This document shows positions 11,652 through 19,848 of a DNA stretch of 24,259 nucleotides, one piece after another (position 1 is the first letter of the stretch; each line of letters opens with the position of its first letter). The stretch lies in the IMG/VR virus record IMGVR_UViG_2671180603_000002; one strand, 5' to 3'. Both the position numbers and the translations under genes were made by a program. Under the pieces are notes generated by a model. It was not told the DNA's origin. It was given only the letters and a program-made list of their open reading frames with translations, and did no database searches. Origin of the DNA: a virus (Duplodnaviria; Heunggongvirae; Uroviricota; Caudoviricetes).

Positions 11652-14205
11652 ACCGGTAGGCGATCTGGTCGTTGATTTGAGTCTGGATGCGGCCAGATTT
11701 GACGAGCAGATGGCCAGAGTCAGGCGTCATTTTTCCGGTACGGAAAGTGATGCGAAAAAAACAGCGGCAGTCGTTGAACAGTCGCTGAGCCGACAGGCGC
11801 TGGCTGCACAGAAAGCGGGGATTTCCGTCGGGCAGTATAAAGCCGCCATGCGTATGCTGCCTGCACAGTTCACCGACGTGGCCACGCAGCTTGCAGGGGG
11901 GCAGAATCCCTGGCTGATCCTGCTGCAACAGGGTGGTCAGGTTAAGGACTCCTTCGGCGGGATGATCCCCATGTTCAGGGGGCTTGCCGGCGCGATCACC
12001 CTGCCGATGGTGGGGGCCACCTCGCTGGCGGTGGCGACCGGTGCGCTGGCGTATGCCTGGTATCAGGGCAACTCAACCCTGTCCGATTTCAACAAAACGC
12101 TGGTCCTTTCCGGTAATCAGGCGGGACTGACGGCAGATCGTATGCTGGTCCTGTCCAGAGCCGGGCAGGCGGCAGGGCTGACGTTTAACCAGACCAGCGA
12201 GTCACTCAGCGCACTGGTTAAGGCGGGGGTAAGCGGTGAGGCTCAGATTGCGTCCATCAGCCAGAGTGTGGCGCGTTTCTCCTCTGCATCCGGCGTGGAG
12301 GTGGACAAGGTCGCTGAAGCCTTCGGGAAGCTGACCACAGACCCGACGTCGGGGCTGACGGCGATGGCACGCCAGTTCCATAACGTGACGGCGGAGCAGA
12401 TTGCGTATGTTGCTCAGTTGCAGCGTTCCGGCGATGAAGCCGGGGCATTGCAGGCGGCGAACGAGGCCGCAACGAAAGGGTTTGATGACCAGACCCGCCG
12501 CCTGAAAGAGAACATGGGCACGCTGGAGACCTGGGCAGACAGGACTGCACGTGCATTCAAATCCATGTGGGATGCGGTGCTGGATATTGGTCGTCCTGAT
12601 ACCGCGCAGGAGATGCTGATTAAGGCAGAGGCTGCGTTTAAGAAAGCAGACGACATCTGGAATCTGCGCAAGGATGATTATTTCGTTAACGATGAAGCAC
12701 GGGCGCGTTACTGGGATGATCGTGAAAAAAAACGCCTGGAGCGGGATGCAGCCCAAAAGAGGGTAGATCAACAGCGTCAACAGGACAAAAATGCGCAGCA
12801 GCAGAGCGATACCGAAGCGTCACGGCTGAAATATACCGAAGAGGCGCAGAAGGCTTACGAACGGCTGCAGACGCCGCTGGAGAAATATACCGCCCGTCAG
12901 GAAGAACTGAACAAGGCACTGAAAGACGGAAAAATCCTGCAGGCAGATTACAACACGCTGATGGCGGCGGCGAAAAAGGATTATGAAGCGACGCTGAAAA
13001 AGCCGAAACAGTCCGGCGTGAAGGTGTATGCGGGCGATCGTCAGGAAGACAGTGCTCATGCGGCCCTGCTGACGCTTCAGGCAGAACTCCGGACGCTGGA
13101 GAAGCATGCCGGAGCGAATGAGAAAATCAGCCAGCAGCGCCGGGATTTGTGGAAGGCAGAAAGTCAGTTCGCGGTACTGGAGGAGGCGGCACAACGTCGC
13201 CAGCTGTCCGCACAGGAGAAATCCCTGCTGGCGCATAAAGACGAGACGCTGGAGTACAAACGCCAGCTGGCTGCACTTGGTGACAAGGTTACGTATCAGG
13301 AGCACCTGAATGCGCTGGCGCAGCAGGCGGATAAATTCGCACAGCAGCAACGGGCAAAACGGGCAGCCATTGATGCGAAAAACCGGGGGCTGACTGACCG
13401 GCAGGCAGCGCGGGAAGCCACGGAACAGCGCCTGAAGGAACAGTATGGCGATAATCCTCTGGCGCTGAATAACGTCATGTCAGAGCAGAAAAAGACCTGG
13501 GCGGCTGAAGACCAGCTTCGCGGGAGCTGGATGGCAGGCCTGAAGTCCGGCTGGAGTGAGTGGGAAGAGAGCGCCACGGACAGTATGTCACAGGTTAAAA
13601 GTGCAGCCACGCAGACCTTTGATGGTATTGCACAGAATATGGCGGCGATGCTGACCGGCAGTGAACAGAACTGGCGCAGCTTCACCCGCTCCGTGCTGTC
13701 CATGATGACAGAAATTCTGCTTAAGCAGGCAATGGTGGGGATTGTCGGGAGTATCGGCAGCGCCATTGGCGGGGCTGTTGGTGGCGGCGCATCCGCGTCA
13801 GGTGGTACAGCCATTCAGGCCGCTGCGGCGAAATTCCATTTTGCAACCGGGGGATTTACGGGAACCGGCGGCAAATATGAGCCAGCGGGGATTGTTCACC
13901 GTGGTGAATTTGTCTTCACGAAGGAGGCAACCAGCCGGATTGGCGTGGGGAATCTCTACCGGCTGATGCGCGGCTATGCGGAAGGTGGTTATGTGGGCGG
14001 TGCCGGAAGTCCGGCGCAGATGCGGCGGGCTGAAGGCATTAATTTTAATCAGAACAATCACGTGGTGATTCAGAACGACGGTACGAATGGTCTGCCAGGT
14101 CCACAGATGATGAAGGCCGTGTATGACATGGCCCGCAAGGGTGCCCGTGATGAAATTCAGACACAGATGCGTGATGGTGGCCTGTTCTCCGGAGGTGGAC
14201 GATGA
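11644..14205 (+). CDS. H: Tail tape measure protein H
   Basis: 853 aa, the same length as lambda gpH. Coiled-coil-rich with a Gly-rich C-terminal segment. Start overlaps the end of T. Confidence 0.96.
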   Translation: MAEPVGDLVVDLSLDAARFDEQMARVRRHFSGTESDAKKTAAVVEQSLSRQALAAQKAGISVGQYKAAMRMLPAQFTDVATQLAGGQNPWLILLQQGGQVKDSFGGMIPMFRGLAGAITLPMVGATSLAVATGALAYAWYQGNSTLSDFNKTLVLSGNQAGLTADRMLVLSRAGQAAGLTFNQTSESLSALVKAGVSGEAQIASISQSVARFSSASGVEVDKVAEAFGKLTTDPTSGLTAMARQFHNVTAEQIAYVAQLQRSGDEAGALQAANEAATKGFDDQTRRLKENMGTLETWADRTARAFKSMWDAVLDIGRPDTAQEMLIKAEAAFKKADDIWNLRKDDYFVNDEARARYWDDREKKRLERDAAQKRVDQQRQQDKNAQQQSDTEASRLKYTEEAQKAYERLQTPLEKYTARQEELNKALKDGKILQADYNTLMAAAKKDYEATLKKPKQSGVKVYAGDRQEDSAHAALLTLQAELRTLEKHAGANEKISQQRRDLWKAESQFAVLEEAAQRRQLSAQEKSLLAHKDETLEYKRQLAALGDKVTYQEHLNALAQQADKFAQQQRAKRAAIDAKNRGLTDRQAAREATEQRLKEQYGDNPLALNNVMSEQKKTWAAEDQLRGSWMAGLKSGWSEWEESATDSMSQVKSAATQTFDGIAQNMAAMLTGSEQNWRSFTRSVLSMMTEILLKQAMVGIVGSIGSAIGGAVGGGASASGGTAIQAAAAKFHFATGGFTGTGGKYEPAGIVHRGEFVFTKEATSRIGVGNLYRLMRGYAEGGYVGGAGSPAQMRRAEGINFNQNNHVVIQNDGTNGLPGPQMMKAVYDMARKGARDEIQTQMRDGGLFSGGGR

Positions 14206-14531
14206 AAACCTTCCGCTGGAAAGTGAAACCCGGTATGGATGTGGCTTCGGCCCCTTCTGTAAGAAAGGTGCGCTTTGGTGATGGCTATTCCCAGCGAGCG
14301 CCTGCCGGGCTGAATGCCAACCTGAAAACGTACAGCGTGACGCTTTCTGTCCCCCGTGAGGAGGCCATGGTACTGGAGTCGTTTCTGGAAGAGCACGGGG
14401 GCTGGAAAGCCTTTCTGTGGACGCCGCCTTATGAGTGGCGGCAGATAAAGGTGACCTGCGCAAAATGGTCGTCGCGGGTCAGTATGCTGCGTGTTGAGTT
14501 CAGCGCAGAGTTTGAACAGGTGGTGAACTGA
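14202..14531 (+). CDS. M: Tail tip protein M
   Basis: 109 aa, MKTFRWKVKPGMDVASAPSVRKVRFGDGYSQRA..., matching lambda gpM. ATGA overlap with H. Confidence 0.95.
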   Translation: MKTFRWKVKPGMDVASAPSVRKVRFGDGYSQRAPAGLNANLKTYSVTLSVPREEAMVLESFLEEHGGWKAFLWTPPYEWRQIKVTCAKWSSRVSMLRVEFSAEFEQVVN

Positions 14532-15229
14532 TGCAGGATATCCGGCAGGAAACACTGAATGAATGCACCCGTGCGGAGCAGTCGGCCAGCGTGGTGCTCT
14601 GGGAAATCGATCTGACAGAGGTCGGTGGAGAACGTTATTTTTTCTGTAATGAGCAGAACGAAAAAGGTGAGCCGGTCACCTGGCAGGGGCGACAGTATCA
14701 GCCGTATCCCATTCAGGGGAGTGGTTTTGAACTGAATGGCAAAGGCACCAGTACGCGCCCCACGCTGATGGTTTCTAACCTGTACGGTATGGTCACCGGG
14801 ATGGCGGAAGATCTACAGAGTCTGGTCGGCGGAACGGTGGTCCGGCGTAAGGTTTACGCCCGTTTTCTGGATGCGGTGAACTTCGTCAACGGAAACAGTG
14901 ACGCCGATCCGGAGCAGGAGGTGATCAGCCGCTGGCGCATTGAGCAGTGCAGCGAACTGAGCGCGGTGAGTGCCTCTTTTGTACTGTCCACGCCGACGGA
15001 AACAGATGGCGCTGTTTTTCCGGGACGTATCATGCTGGCCAACACCTGCACCTGGACCTATCGCGGCGATGAGTGCGGTTATCACGGTCCGGCGGTCGCG
15101 GATGAATATGACCAGCCAACGTCCGACATCACGAAGGATAAATGCAGCAAATGCCTGAGTGGCTGTAAGTTTCGCAATAACGTCGGCAACTTTGGCGGCT
15201 TCCTTTCCATTAACAAACTTTCGCAGTAA
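14531..15229 (+). CDS. L: Tail tip protein L (allele 1, lambda-type), full length
   Basis: 232 aa, MQDIRQETLNECTRAEQSASVVLWEIDLTEVGGERYFFCNEQ...SINKLSQ, matching lambda gpL. Cys-rich C-terminus. Confidence 0.95.
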   Translation: MQDIRQETLNECTRAEQSASVVLWEIDLTEVGGERYFFCNEQNEKGEPVTWQGRQYQPYPIQGSGFELNGKGTSTRPTLMVSNLYGMVTGMAEDLQSLVGGTVVRRKVYARFLDAVNFVNGNSDADPEQEVISRWRIEQCSELSAVSASFVLSTPTETDGAVFPGRIMLANTCTWTYRGDECGYHGPAVADEYDQPTSDITKDKCSKCLSGCKFRNNVGNFGGFLSINKLSQ

Positions 15230-15234
15230 ATCCC

Positions 15235-15852
15235 ATGACAGAGACAGAATCAGCGATTCTGGCGCACGCCCGGCGATGTGCTCCAGCGGAGTCGTGCGGC
15301 TTCGTGGTAAGAACGCCGGAGGGGGAAAGATATTTCCCCTGCGTGAATATCTCCGGTGAGCCGGAGGCGTATTTCCGTATGTCGCCGGAAGACTGGCTGC
15401 AGGCAGAGATGCAGGGTGAGATTGTGGCACTGGTCCACAGCCACCCCGGTGGTCTGCCCTGGCTGAGTGAGGCCGACCGGCGGCTGCAGGTGCAGAGTGA
15501 TTTGCCGTGGTGGCTGGTCTGCCGGGGGGCGATTCACAAGTTCCGCTGTGTGCCACATCTTACCGGGCGGCGCTTTGAGCACGGGGTGACGGACTGTTAC
15601 ACGCTGTTCCGGGATGCTTACCATCTGGCGGGGATTGAGATGCCGGATTTTCATCGTGAGGATGACTGGTGGCGTCACGGTCAGAATCTCTATCTGGATA
15701 ATCTGGAGGCCACAGGGCTGTATCAGGTGCCGTTGTCAGCGGCGCAGCCGGGCGATGTGCTGCTGTGCTGTTTTGGTTCATCGGTGCCGAATCATGCCGC
15801 CATTTACTGCAGTGGTGCTCTGGGAAATCGATCTGACAGAGGTCGGTGGTGA
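15235..15852 (+). CDS. K: Tail tip assembly protein K (allele 1), 3'-truncated at a rearrangement junction
   Basis: MTETESAILAHARRCAPAESCGFVV... matches lambda K (full ORF form) for 192 codons, including the JAMM/MPN motif HSHPGG...SEAD, up to ...NHAAIYC. At about 15811 the sequence switches to L-homologous DNA out of frame, giving a 13-codon junk tail and a stop at 15852. Confidence 0.75.
   Translation: MTETESAILAHARRCAPAESCGFVVRTPEGERYFPCVNISGEPEAYFRMSPEDWLQAEMQGEIVALVHSHPGGLPWLSEADRRLQVQSDLPWWLVCRGAIHKFRCVPHLTGRRFEHGVTDCYTLFRDAYHLAGIEMPDFHREDDWWRHGQNLYLDNLEATGLYQVPLSAAQPGDVLLCCFGSSVPNHAAIYCSGALGNRSDRGRW
15456..15810 (+). repeat. 355-bp direct repeat of the K allele-1 mid-region (second copy at 18039..18393, offset 2583 bp) flanking the first inserted block
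   Basis: K allele-1 codons ~73-192 occur both at the 3' end of the truncated K (15235..) and at the 5' end of the K fragment (18037..). They appear identical on inspection. Confidence 0.8.
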
Positions 15853-16450
15853 ACGTTATTTTTTCTGTAATGAGCAGAACGAAAAAGGTGAGCCGGTTAC
15901 CTGGCAGGGGCGGCAGTATCAGGCATACCCCATTCAGGGGACGGGATTTGAACTGAACGGCAAGGGCAGTGCTGCCCGTCCGACACTGACGGTTTCTAAC
16001 CTGCACGGAATGGTCACCGGGATGGCGGAAGACCTGCAGAGTCTGGTCGGCGGAACGGTGGTCAGGCGTAAGGTTTACGCCCGTTTTCTGGATGCGGTGA
16101 ACTTCGTCAACGGAAACAGCGACGCCGATCCGGAACAGGAGGTGATCAGCCGCTGGCGCATCGAGCAGTGCAGCGAACTGAGCGCGGTCAGTGCCTCTTT
16201 TGTGCTGGCCACACCAACGGAGACGGATGGCGCGGTTTTCCCGGGGCGTATCATGCTGGCGAATACCTGTATGTGGACTTACCGTTCTGATGAGTGTGGT
16301 TACACGGGCAGGGCAGTGGCTGACGAGTTCGACAAACCAACGACGGATATCCGGAAGGACAAATGCAGCAAGTGTATGCGCGGGTGTGAGTTGCGCAACA
16401 ATACCGGTAATTTCGGCGGTTTCCTTTCCATCAATAAACTTTCTCAGTAA
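15812..16450 (+). pseudogene. L: L-homologous fragment (allele 2), 5'-truncated: codons ~21-232 with no native start
   Basis: VVLWEIDLTEVGGERYFFCNEQNEKGEPVTWQGRQYQAYPIQGTGFELNGKGSAARPTLTVSNLHGMV...SINKLSQ is homologous to L 21-232 but differs at several residues from the full L at 14531. The frame is open upstream to a fortuitous ATG at 15614 (ORF 15614..16450); GTG codons at 15812 and 15815 could also initiate. Confidence 0.65.
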
Positions 16451-16454
16451 ATCC

Positions 16455-17198
16455 ATGACACAGACAGAATCAGCGATTCTGGCGCACGCCCGGCGATGTG
16501 CGCCAGCGGAGTCGTGTGGCTTCGTGGTGAGAACGCCGGAGGGAGACAGGTATCTTCCCAGCGAGAATATCTCCGGTGAGCCGGAGGAACGGTTCCGGAT
16601 GGCTCCGGAGGACTGGCTGCGGGCACAAATGCAGGGTGAGATTGTGGCGCTGGTCCACAGTCATCCCGGTGGTCTGCCCTGGCTGAGTGAGGCTGACCGG
16701 CGGCTGCAGGTGCAGAGTGATTTGCCGTGGTGGCTGGTCTGCCGGGGGGCGATTCACAAGTTCCGCTGTGTGCCACATCTTACCGGGCGGCGCTTTGAGC
16801 ACGGGGTGACGGACTGTTACACGCTGTTCCGGGATGCTTATCATCTGGCAGGGATTGAGATGCCGGATTTTCATCGCGGGGATGACTGGTGGCGTAACGG
16901 TCAGAATCTCTATCTTGACAATATGGAGGTGACGGGTTTTTACCGTGTCGCACTGACAGAGGCACAGCCGGGCGATGTGCTGCTGTGCTGTTTTGGTTCA
17001 TCGGTGCCGAATCATGCCGCCATTTACTGCGGTGACGGCGGGCTGCTGCACCATATTCCTGAACAACTGAGCAAACGAGAGAGGTACACCGACAAATGGC
17101 AGCGACGCACACACTCCCTCTGGCGTCACCGGGCATGGCGCGCATCTGCCTTTACGGGGATTTACAACGATTTGGTCGCCGCATCGACCTTCGTGTGA
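16455..17198 (+). CDS. K: Tail tip assembly protein K (allele 2), full length, JAMM/MPN plus NlpC/P60-like
   Basis: 247 aa, MTQTESAILAHARRCAPAESCGFVVRTPEGDRYLPSENISGEPEERFRMAPEDWLRAQMQGEIVALVHSHPGG... ...VAASTFV. Overlaps I by 103 nt, as in lambda. Confidence 0.88.
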   Translation: MTQTESAILAHARRCAPAESCGFVVRTPEGDRYLPSENISGEPEERFRMAPEDWLRAQMQGEIVALVHSHPGGLPWLSEADRRLQVQSDLPWWLVCRGAIHKFRCVPHLTGRRFEHGVTDCYTLFRDAYHLAGIEMPDFHRGDDWWRNGQNLYLDNMEVTGFYRVALTEAQPGDVLLCCFGSSVPNHAAIYCGDGGLLHHIPEQLSKRERYTDKWQRRTHSLWRHRAWRASAFTGIYNDLVAASTFV

Positions 17199-17737
17199 AA
17201 ACGGGGGCTGAAGCCATCCGGGCACTGGCCACACAGCTCCCGGCGTTTCGTCAGAAACTGAGTGACGGCTGGTATCAGGTGCGCATTGCCGGGCGTGATG
17301 CAGGTGAAACCGAATTGTCTGCCCGTCTTAATGAGCCGCTGGCAAATGGTGCAGTGATCCACATAGTACCGCGTCTGGTGGGAGCTAAAAGTGGCGGTGT
17401 GTTTCAGGCGGTGCTGGGGGCGGCTGTTATGGCGGTTGCTATATGGATGCCGGGGGTAGGAATTATGGCGAGTAATCTGCTGTTTTCTCTCGGTGCCAGT
17501 ATGACGCTTGGCGGTGTTGCACAGATGCTGGCACCGAAAGCCAGAACTCCCCGTACACAGACAACGGATAACGGTAAGCAGAACACGTATTTCTCGTCAC
17601 TGGATAACATGGTTGCCCAGGGCAATGTTCTGCCCGTTCTGTACGGTGAAATGCGCGTGGGGTCACGTGTGGTTTCTCAGGAGATCAGCACGGCAGACGA
17701 AGGGGATGGTGGTCAGGTTGTGGTGATTGGTCGCTGA
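17096..17737 (+). CDS. I: Tail tip assembly protein I (allele 2, 213 aa)
   Basis: MAATHTLPLASPGMARICLYGDLQRFGRRIDLRVKTGAEAIRALATQLPAF... The N- and C-termini match lambda gpI; the central hydrophobic segment differs and is 10 aa shorter. Confidence 0.88.
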   Translation: MAATHTLPLASPGMARICLYGDLQRFGRRIDLRVKTGAEAIRALATQLPAFRQKLSDGWYQVRIAGRDAGETELSARLNEPLANGAVIHIVPRLVGAKSGGVFQAVLGAAVMAVAIWMPGVGIMASNLLFSLGASMTLGGVAQMLAPKARTPRTQTTDNGKQNTYFSSLDNMVAQGNVLPVLYGEMRVGSRVVSQEISTADEGDGGQVVVIGR

Positions 17738-17756
17738 TGCAAAATGTTTTATGTGA

Positions 17757-17774
17757 AACCGCCTGCGGGCGGTT
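17757..17774 (+). other. I-J intergenic hairpin AACCGCC-TGCG-GGCGGTT followed by a T-rich run; the same element recurs near 19150-19170 (degenerate) and 21553-21570
   Basis: Perfect 7-bp stem with a 4-nt loop read directly from the sequence, located between the I stop and the J start. Confidence 0.4.
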
Positions 17775-17797
17775 TTGTCGTTTATGGAGCGTGAGGA

Positions 17798-18049
17798 ATG
17801 GGTAAAGGCAGCAGTAAGGGGCATACCCCGCGCGAAGCGAAGGACAACCTGAAATCCACGCAGTTGCTGAGTGTGATTGATGCCATCAGCGAAGGGCCGG
17901 TTGACGGTCCGGTGGATGGATTAAAAAGCGTGCTGCTGAACGGTACGCCGGTCCTGGACAGCGAGGGGAAGACAAACTTTTCCGGTGTTACGGTGGTGTT
18001 CCGTGCAGGTGAGCAGGAGCAGACACCGCCGGAGGGATGCCCTGGCTGA
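17798..18049 (+). pseudogene. J: J (tail tip / host specificity) 5' fragment: 80 codons, then a junction into K sequence and a stop
   Basis: [80 protein letters not shown] matches the J N-terminus. After about 18036 the DNA is the middle of K (allele 1), and the J frame stops at 18047-18049. Confidence 0.75.
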
Positions 18050-18561
18050 GTGAGGCCGACCGGCGGCTGCAGGTGCAGAGTGATTTGCCGTGGTGGCTGG
18101 TCTGCCGGGGGGCGATTCACAAGTTCCGCTGTGTGCCACATCTTACCGGGCGGCGCTTTGAGCACGGGGTGACGGACTGTTACACGCTGTTCCGGGATGC
18201 TTACCATCTGGCGGGGATTGAGATGCCGGATTTTCATCGTGAGGATGACTGGTGGCGTCACGGTCAGAATCTCTATCTGGATAATCTGGAGGCCACAGGG
18301 CTGTATCAGGTGCCGTTGTCAGCGGCGCAGCCGGGCGATGTGCTGCTGTGCTGTTTTGGTTCATCGGTGCCGAATCATGCCGCCATTTACTGCGGTGACG
18401 GCGGGCTGCTGCACCATATTCCTGAACAACTGAGCAAACGAGAGAGGTATACCGACAAATGGCAGCGACGCACACACTCCCTCTGGCGTCACCGGGCATG
18501 GCACGCATCTGCCTTTACGGGGATTTGCAACGATTTGGCCGCCGCATCGACCTTCGTGTGA
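18037..18561 (+). CDS. K: K (allele 1) 3' fragment, codons ~73-247, starting at an ATG created at the junction
   Basis: MPWLSEADRRLQVQSDLPWWLVCRGAIHKFRCVPHLTGRRFEHGVTDCYTLFRDAYHLAGIEMPDFHREDDWWRHGQNLYLDNLEATGLYQVPLSAAQPGD...AASTFV. This is the allele-1 sequence missing from the truncated copy at 15235. It lacks the two His of the JAMM motif. Confidence 0.7.
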   Translation: MPWLSEADRRLQVQSDLPWWLVCRGAIHKFRCVPHLTGRRFEHGVTDCYTLFRDAYHLAGIEMPDFHREDDWWRHGQNLYLDNLEATGLYQVPLSAAQPGDVLLCCFGSSVPNHAAIYCGDGGLLHHIPEQLSKRERYTDKWQRRTHSLWRHRAWHASAFTGICNDLAAASTFV

Positions 18562-19130
18562 AAACGGGTGCCGAAGCCATCCGGGCGATGGCCACACAGC
18601 TCCCTGCGTTTCGTCAGAAGCTGAGCGACGGCTGGTATCAGGTGCGTATTGCCGGGCAGGATGTTAGCACGTCCGGATTAACGGCGCAGTTACATGAGGC
18701 TCTGCCTGACGGCGCTGTGATTCATATTGTTCCCAGAGTCGCCGGGGCCAAGTCAGGTGGTGTATTCCAGATTGTCCTGGGAGCAGCCGCCATTGCCGGA
18801 TCATTCTTTACCGCCGGAGCCACCCTTGCAGCATGGGGGGCTGCCATTGGTGCCGGTGGTATGACCGGCATTCTGTTTTCTCTCGGTGCCAGTATGGTGC
18901 TCGGCGGTGTGGCTCAGATGCTGGCACCGAAAGCCAGAACTCCCCGCACACAGACAACGGATAACGGTAAGCAGAACACCTATTTCTCCTCACTGGATAA
19001 CATGGTTGCCCAGGGCAATGTTATGCCTGTTCTGTATGGTGAAATGCGCGTGGGGTCACGTGTGGTATCTCAGGAGATCAGCACGGCAGACGAAGGGGAC
19101 GGTGGTCAGGTTGTGGTGATTGGTCGCTGA
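18459..19130 (+). CDS. I: Tail tip assembly protein I (allele 1, lambda-type, 223 aa)
   Basis: 223 aa, the same length as lambda gpI, with the lambda-type central segment ...DVSTSGLTAQLHEALPDGAVIHIVPRVAGAKSGGVFQIVLGAAAIAGSFFTAGATLAAWGAAIGAGGMTGILFSLGASMV... Confidence 0.88.
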   Translation: MAATHTLPLASPGMARICLYGDLQRFGRRIDLRVKTGAEAIRAMATQLPAFRQKLSDGWYQVRIAGQDVSTSGLTAQLHEALPDGAVIHIVPRVAGAKSGGVFQIVLGAAAIAGSFFTAGATLAAWGAAIGAGGMTGILFSLGASMVLGGVAQMLAPKARTPRTQTTDNGKQNTYFSSLDNMVAQGNVMPVLYGEMRVGSRVVSQEISTADEGDGGQVVVIGR

Positions 19131-19190
19131 TGCAAAATGTTTTATGTGAAATCGCCTCCGGGCGGTTTTATCGTTTATGGAGCATGACGA

Positions 19191-19848
19191 ATGGGTAAAG
19201 GCAGCAGTAAGGGGCATACCCCGCGCGAAGCGAAGGACAACCTGAAGTCCACGCAGCTGCTGAGTGTGATCGATGCCATCAGCGAAGGGCCGGTTGAAGG
19301 TCCGGTGGATGGATTAAAAAGCGTGCTGCTGAACGGTACGCCGGTCCTGGACAGCGAGGGGAAGACAAACTTTTCCGGTGTTACGGTGGTGTTCCGTGCA
19401 GGTGAGCAGGAGCAGACACCGCCGGAGGGTTTTGAATCCTCCGGCTCCGAGACGGTGCTGGGTACGGAAGTGAAATATGACACGCCGATCACCCGGACCA
19501 TCACGTCGGCAAACATCGACCGTCTGCGCCTGACCTTCGGTGTGCAGGCACTGGTGGAAACCACCTCAAAGGGTGACCGGAATCCGTCGGAAGTCCGCCT
19601 GCTGGTTCAGATACAGCGTAACGGTGGCTGGGTGACGGAAAAAGACATCACCATTAAGGGCAAAACCACATCGCAGTATCTGGCCTCGGTGGTGGTGGGT
19701 AACCTGCCGCCGCGCCCGTTTAATATCCGGATGCGCAGGATGACACCGGACAGCACCACAGACCAGCTGCAGAACAAAACGCTCTGGTCGTCGTACACCG
19801 AAATCATCGATGTGAAACAGTGCTACCCGAACACGGCGCTGGTCGGCG
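19191..19848 (+). repeat. 658-bp direct repeat of the J 5' region (second copy at 21594..22251, offset 2403 bp) flanking the second inserted block
   Basis: J codons 1-~220 are present in the chimeric ORF and again at the start of the long J copy. The two copies are near-identical with several synonymous differences (allele 1 vs allele 2). Confidence 0.8.

Larger units (their letters stand above)
16043..18036 (+). repeat. Direct repeat copy 1 (~1.99 kb): L allele-2 3' half, K allele 2, I allele 2, intergenic hairpin and J 5' 80 codons
   Basis: Near-identical to 19839..21832 at a constant offset of 3796 bp; gene starts and stops coincide exactly after the shift. Confidence 0.85.

Noticed and set aside
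12202-14463. Several minus-strand ORFs (12202-12780, 12820-13350, 13296-13814, 13798-14463) inside H
   Set aside because: All are antisense to the tape measure gene in GC-rich repetitive coding sequence. Their low-complexity Arg/Pro/Ser-rich translations are typical of spurious antisense frames.
14813-16456. Long minus-strand ORFs (14813-15556, 247 aa; 15560-16456, 298 aa) across L and K
   Set aside because: Antisense to the lambda-homologous L and K genes. Pro/Arg/Ala-rich translations with no recognisable domain. Their repetition at 16444-16874 and 20240-20670 simply follows the sense-strand duplications.
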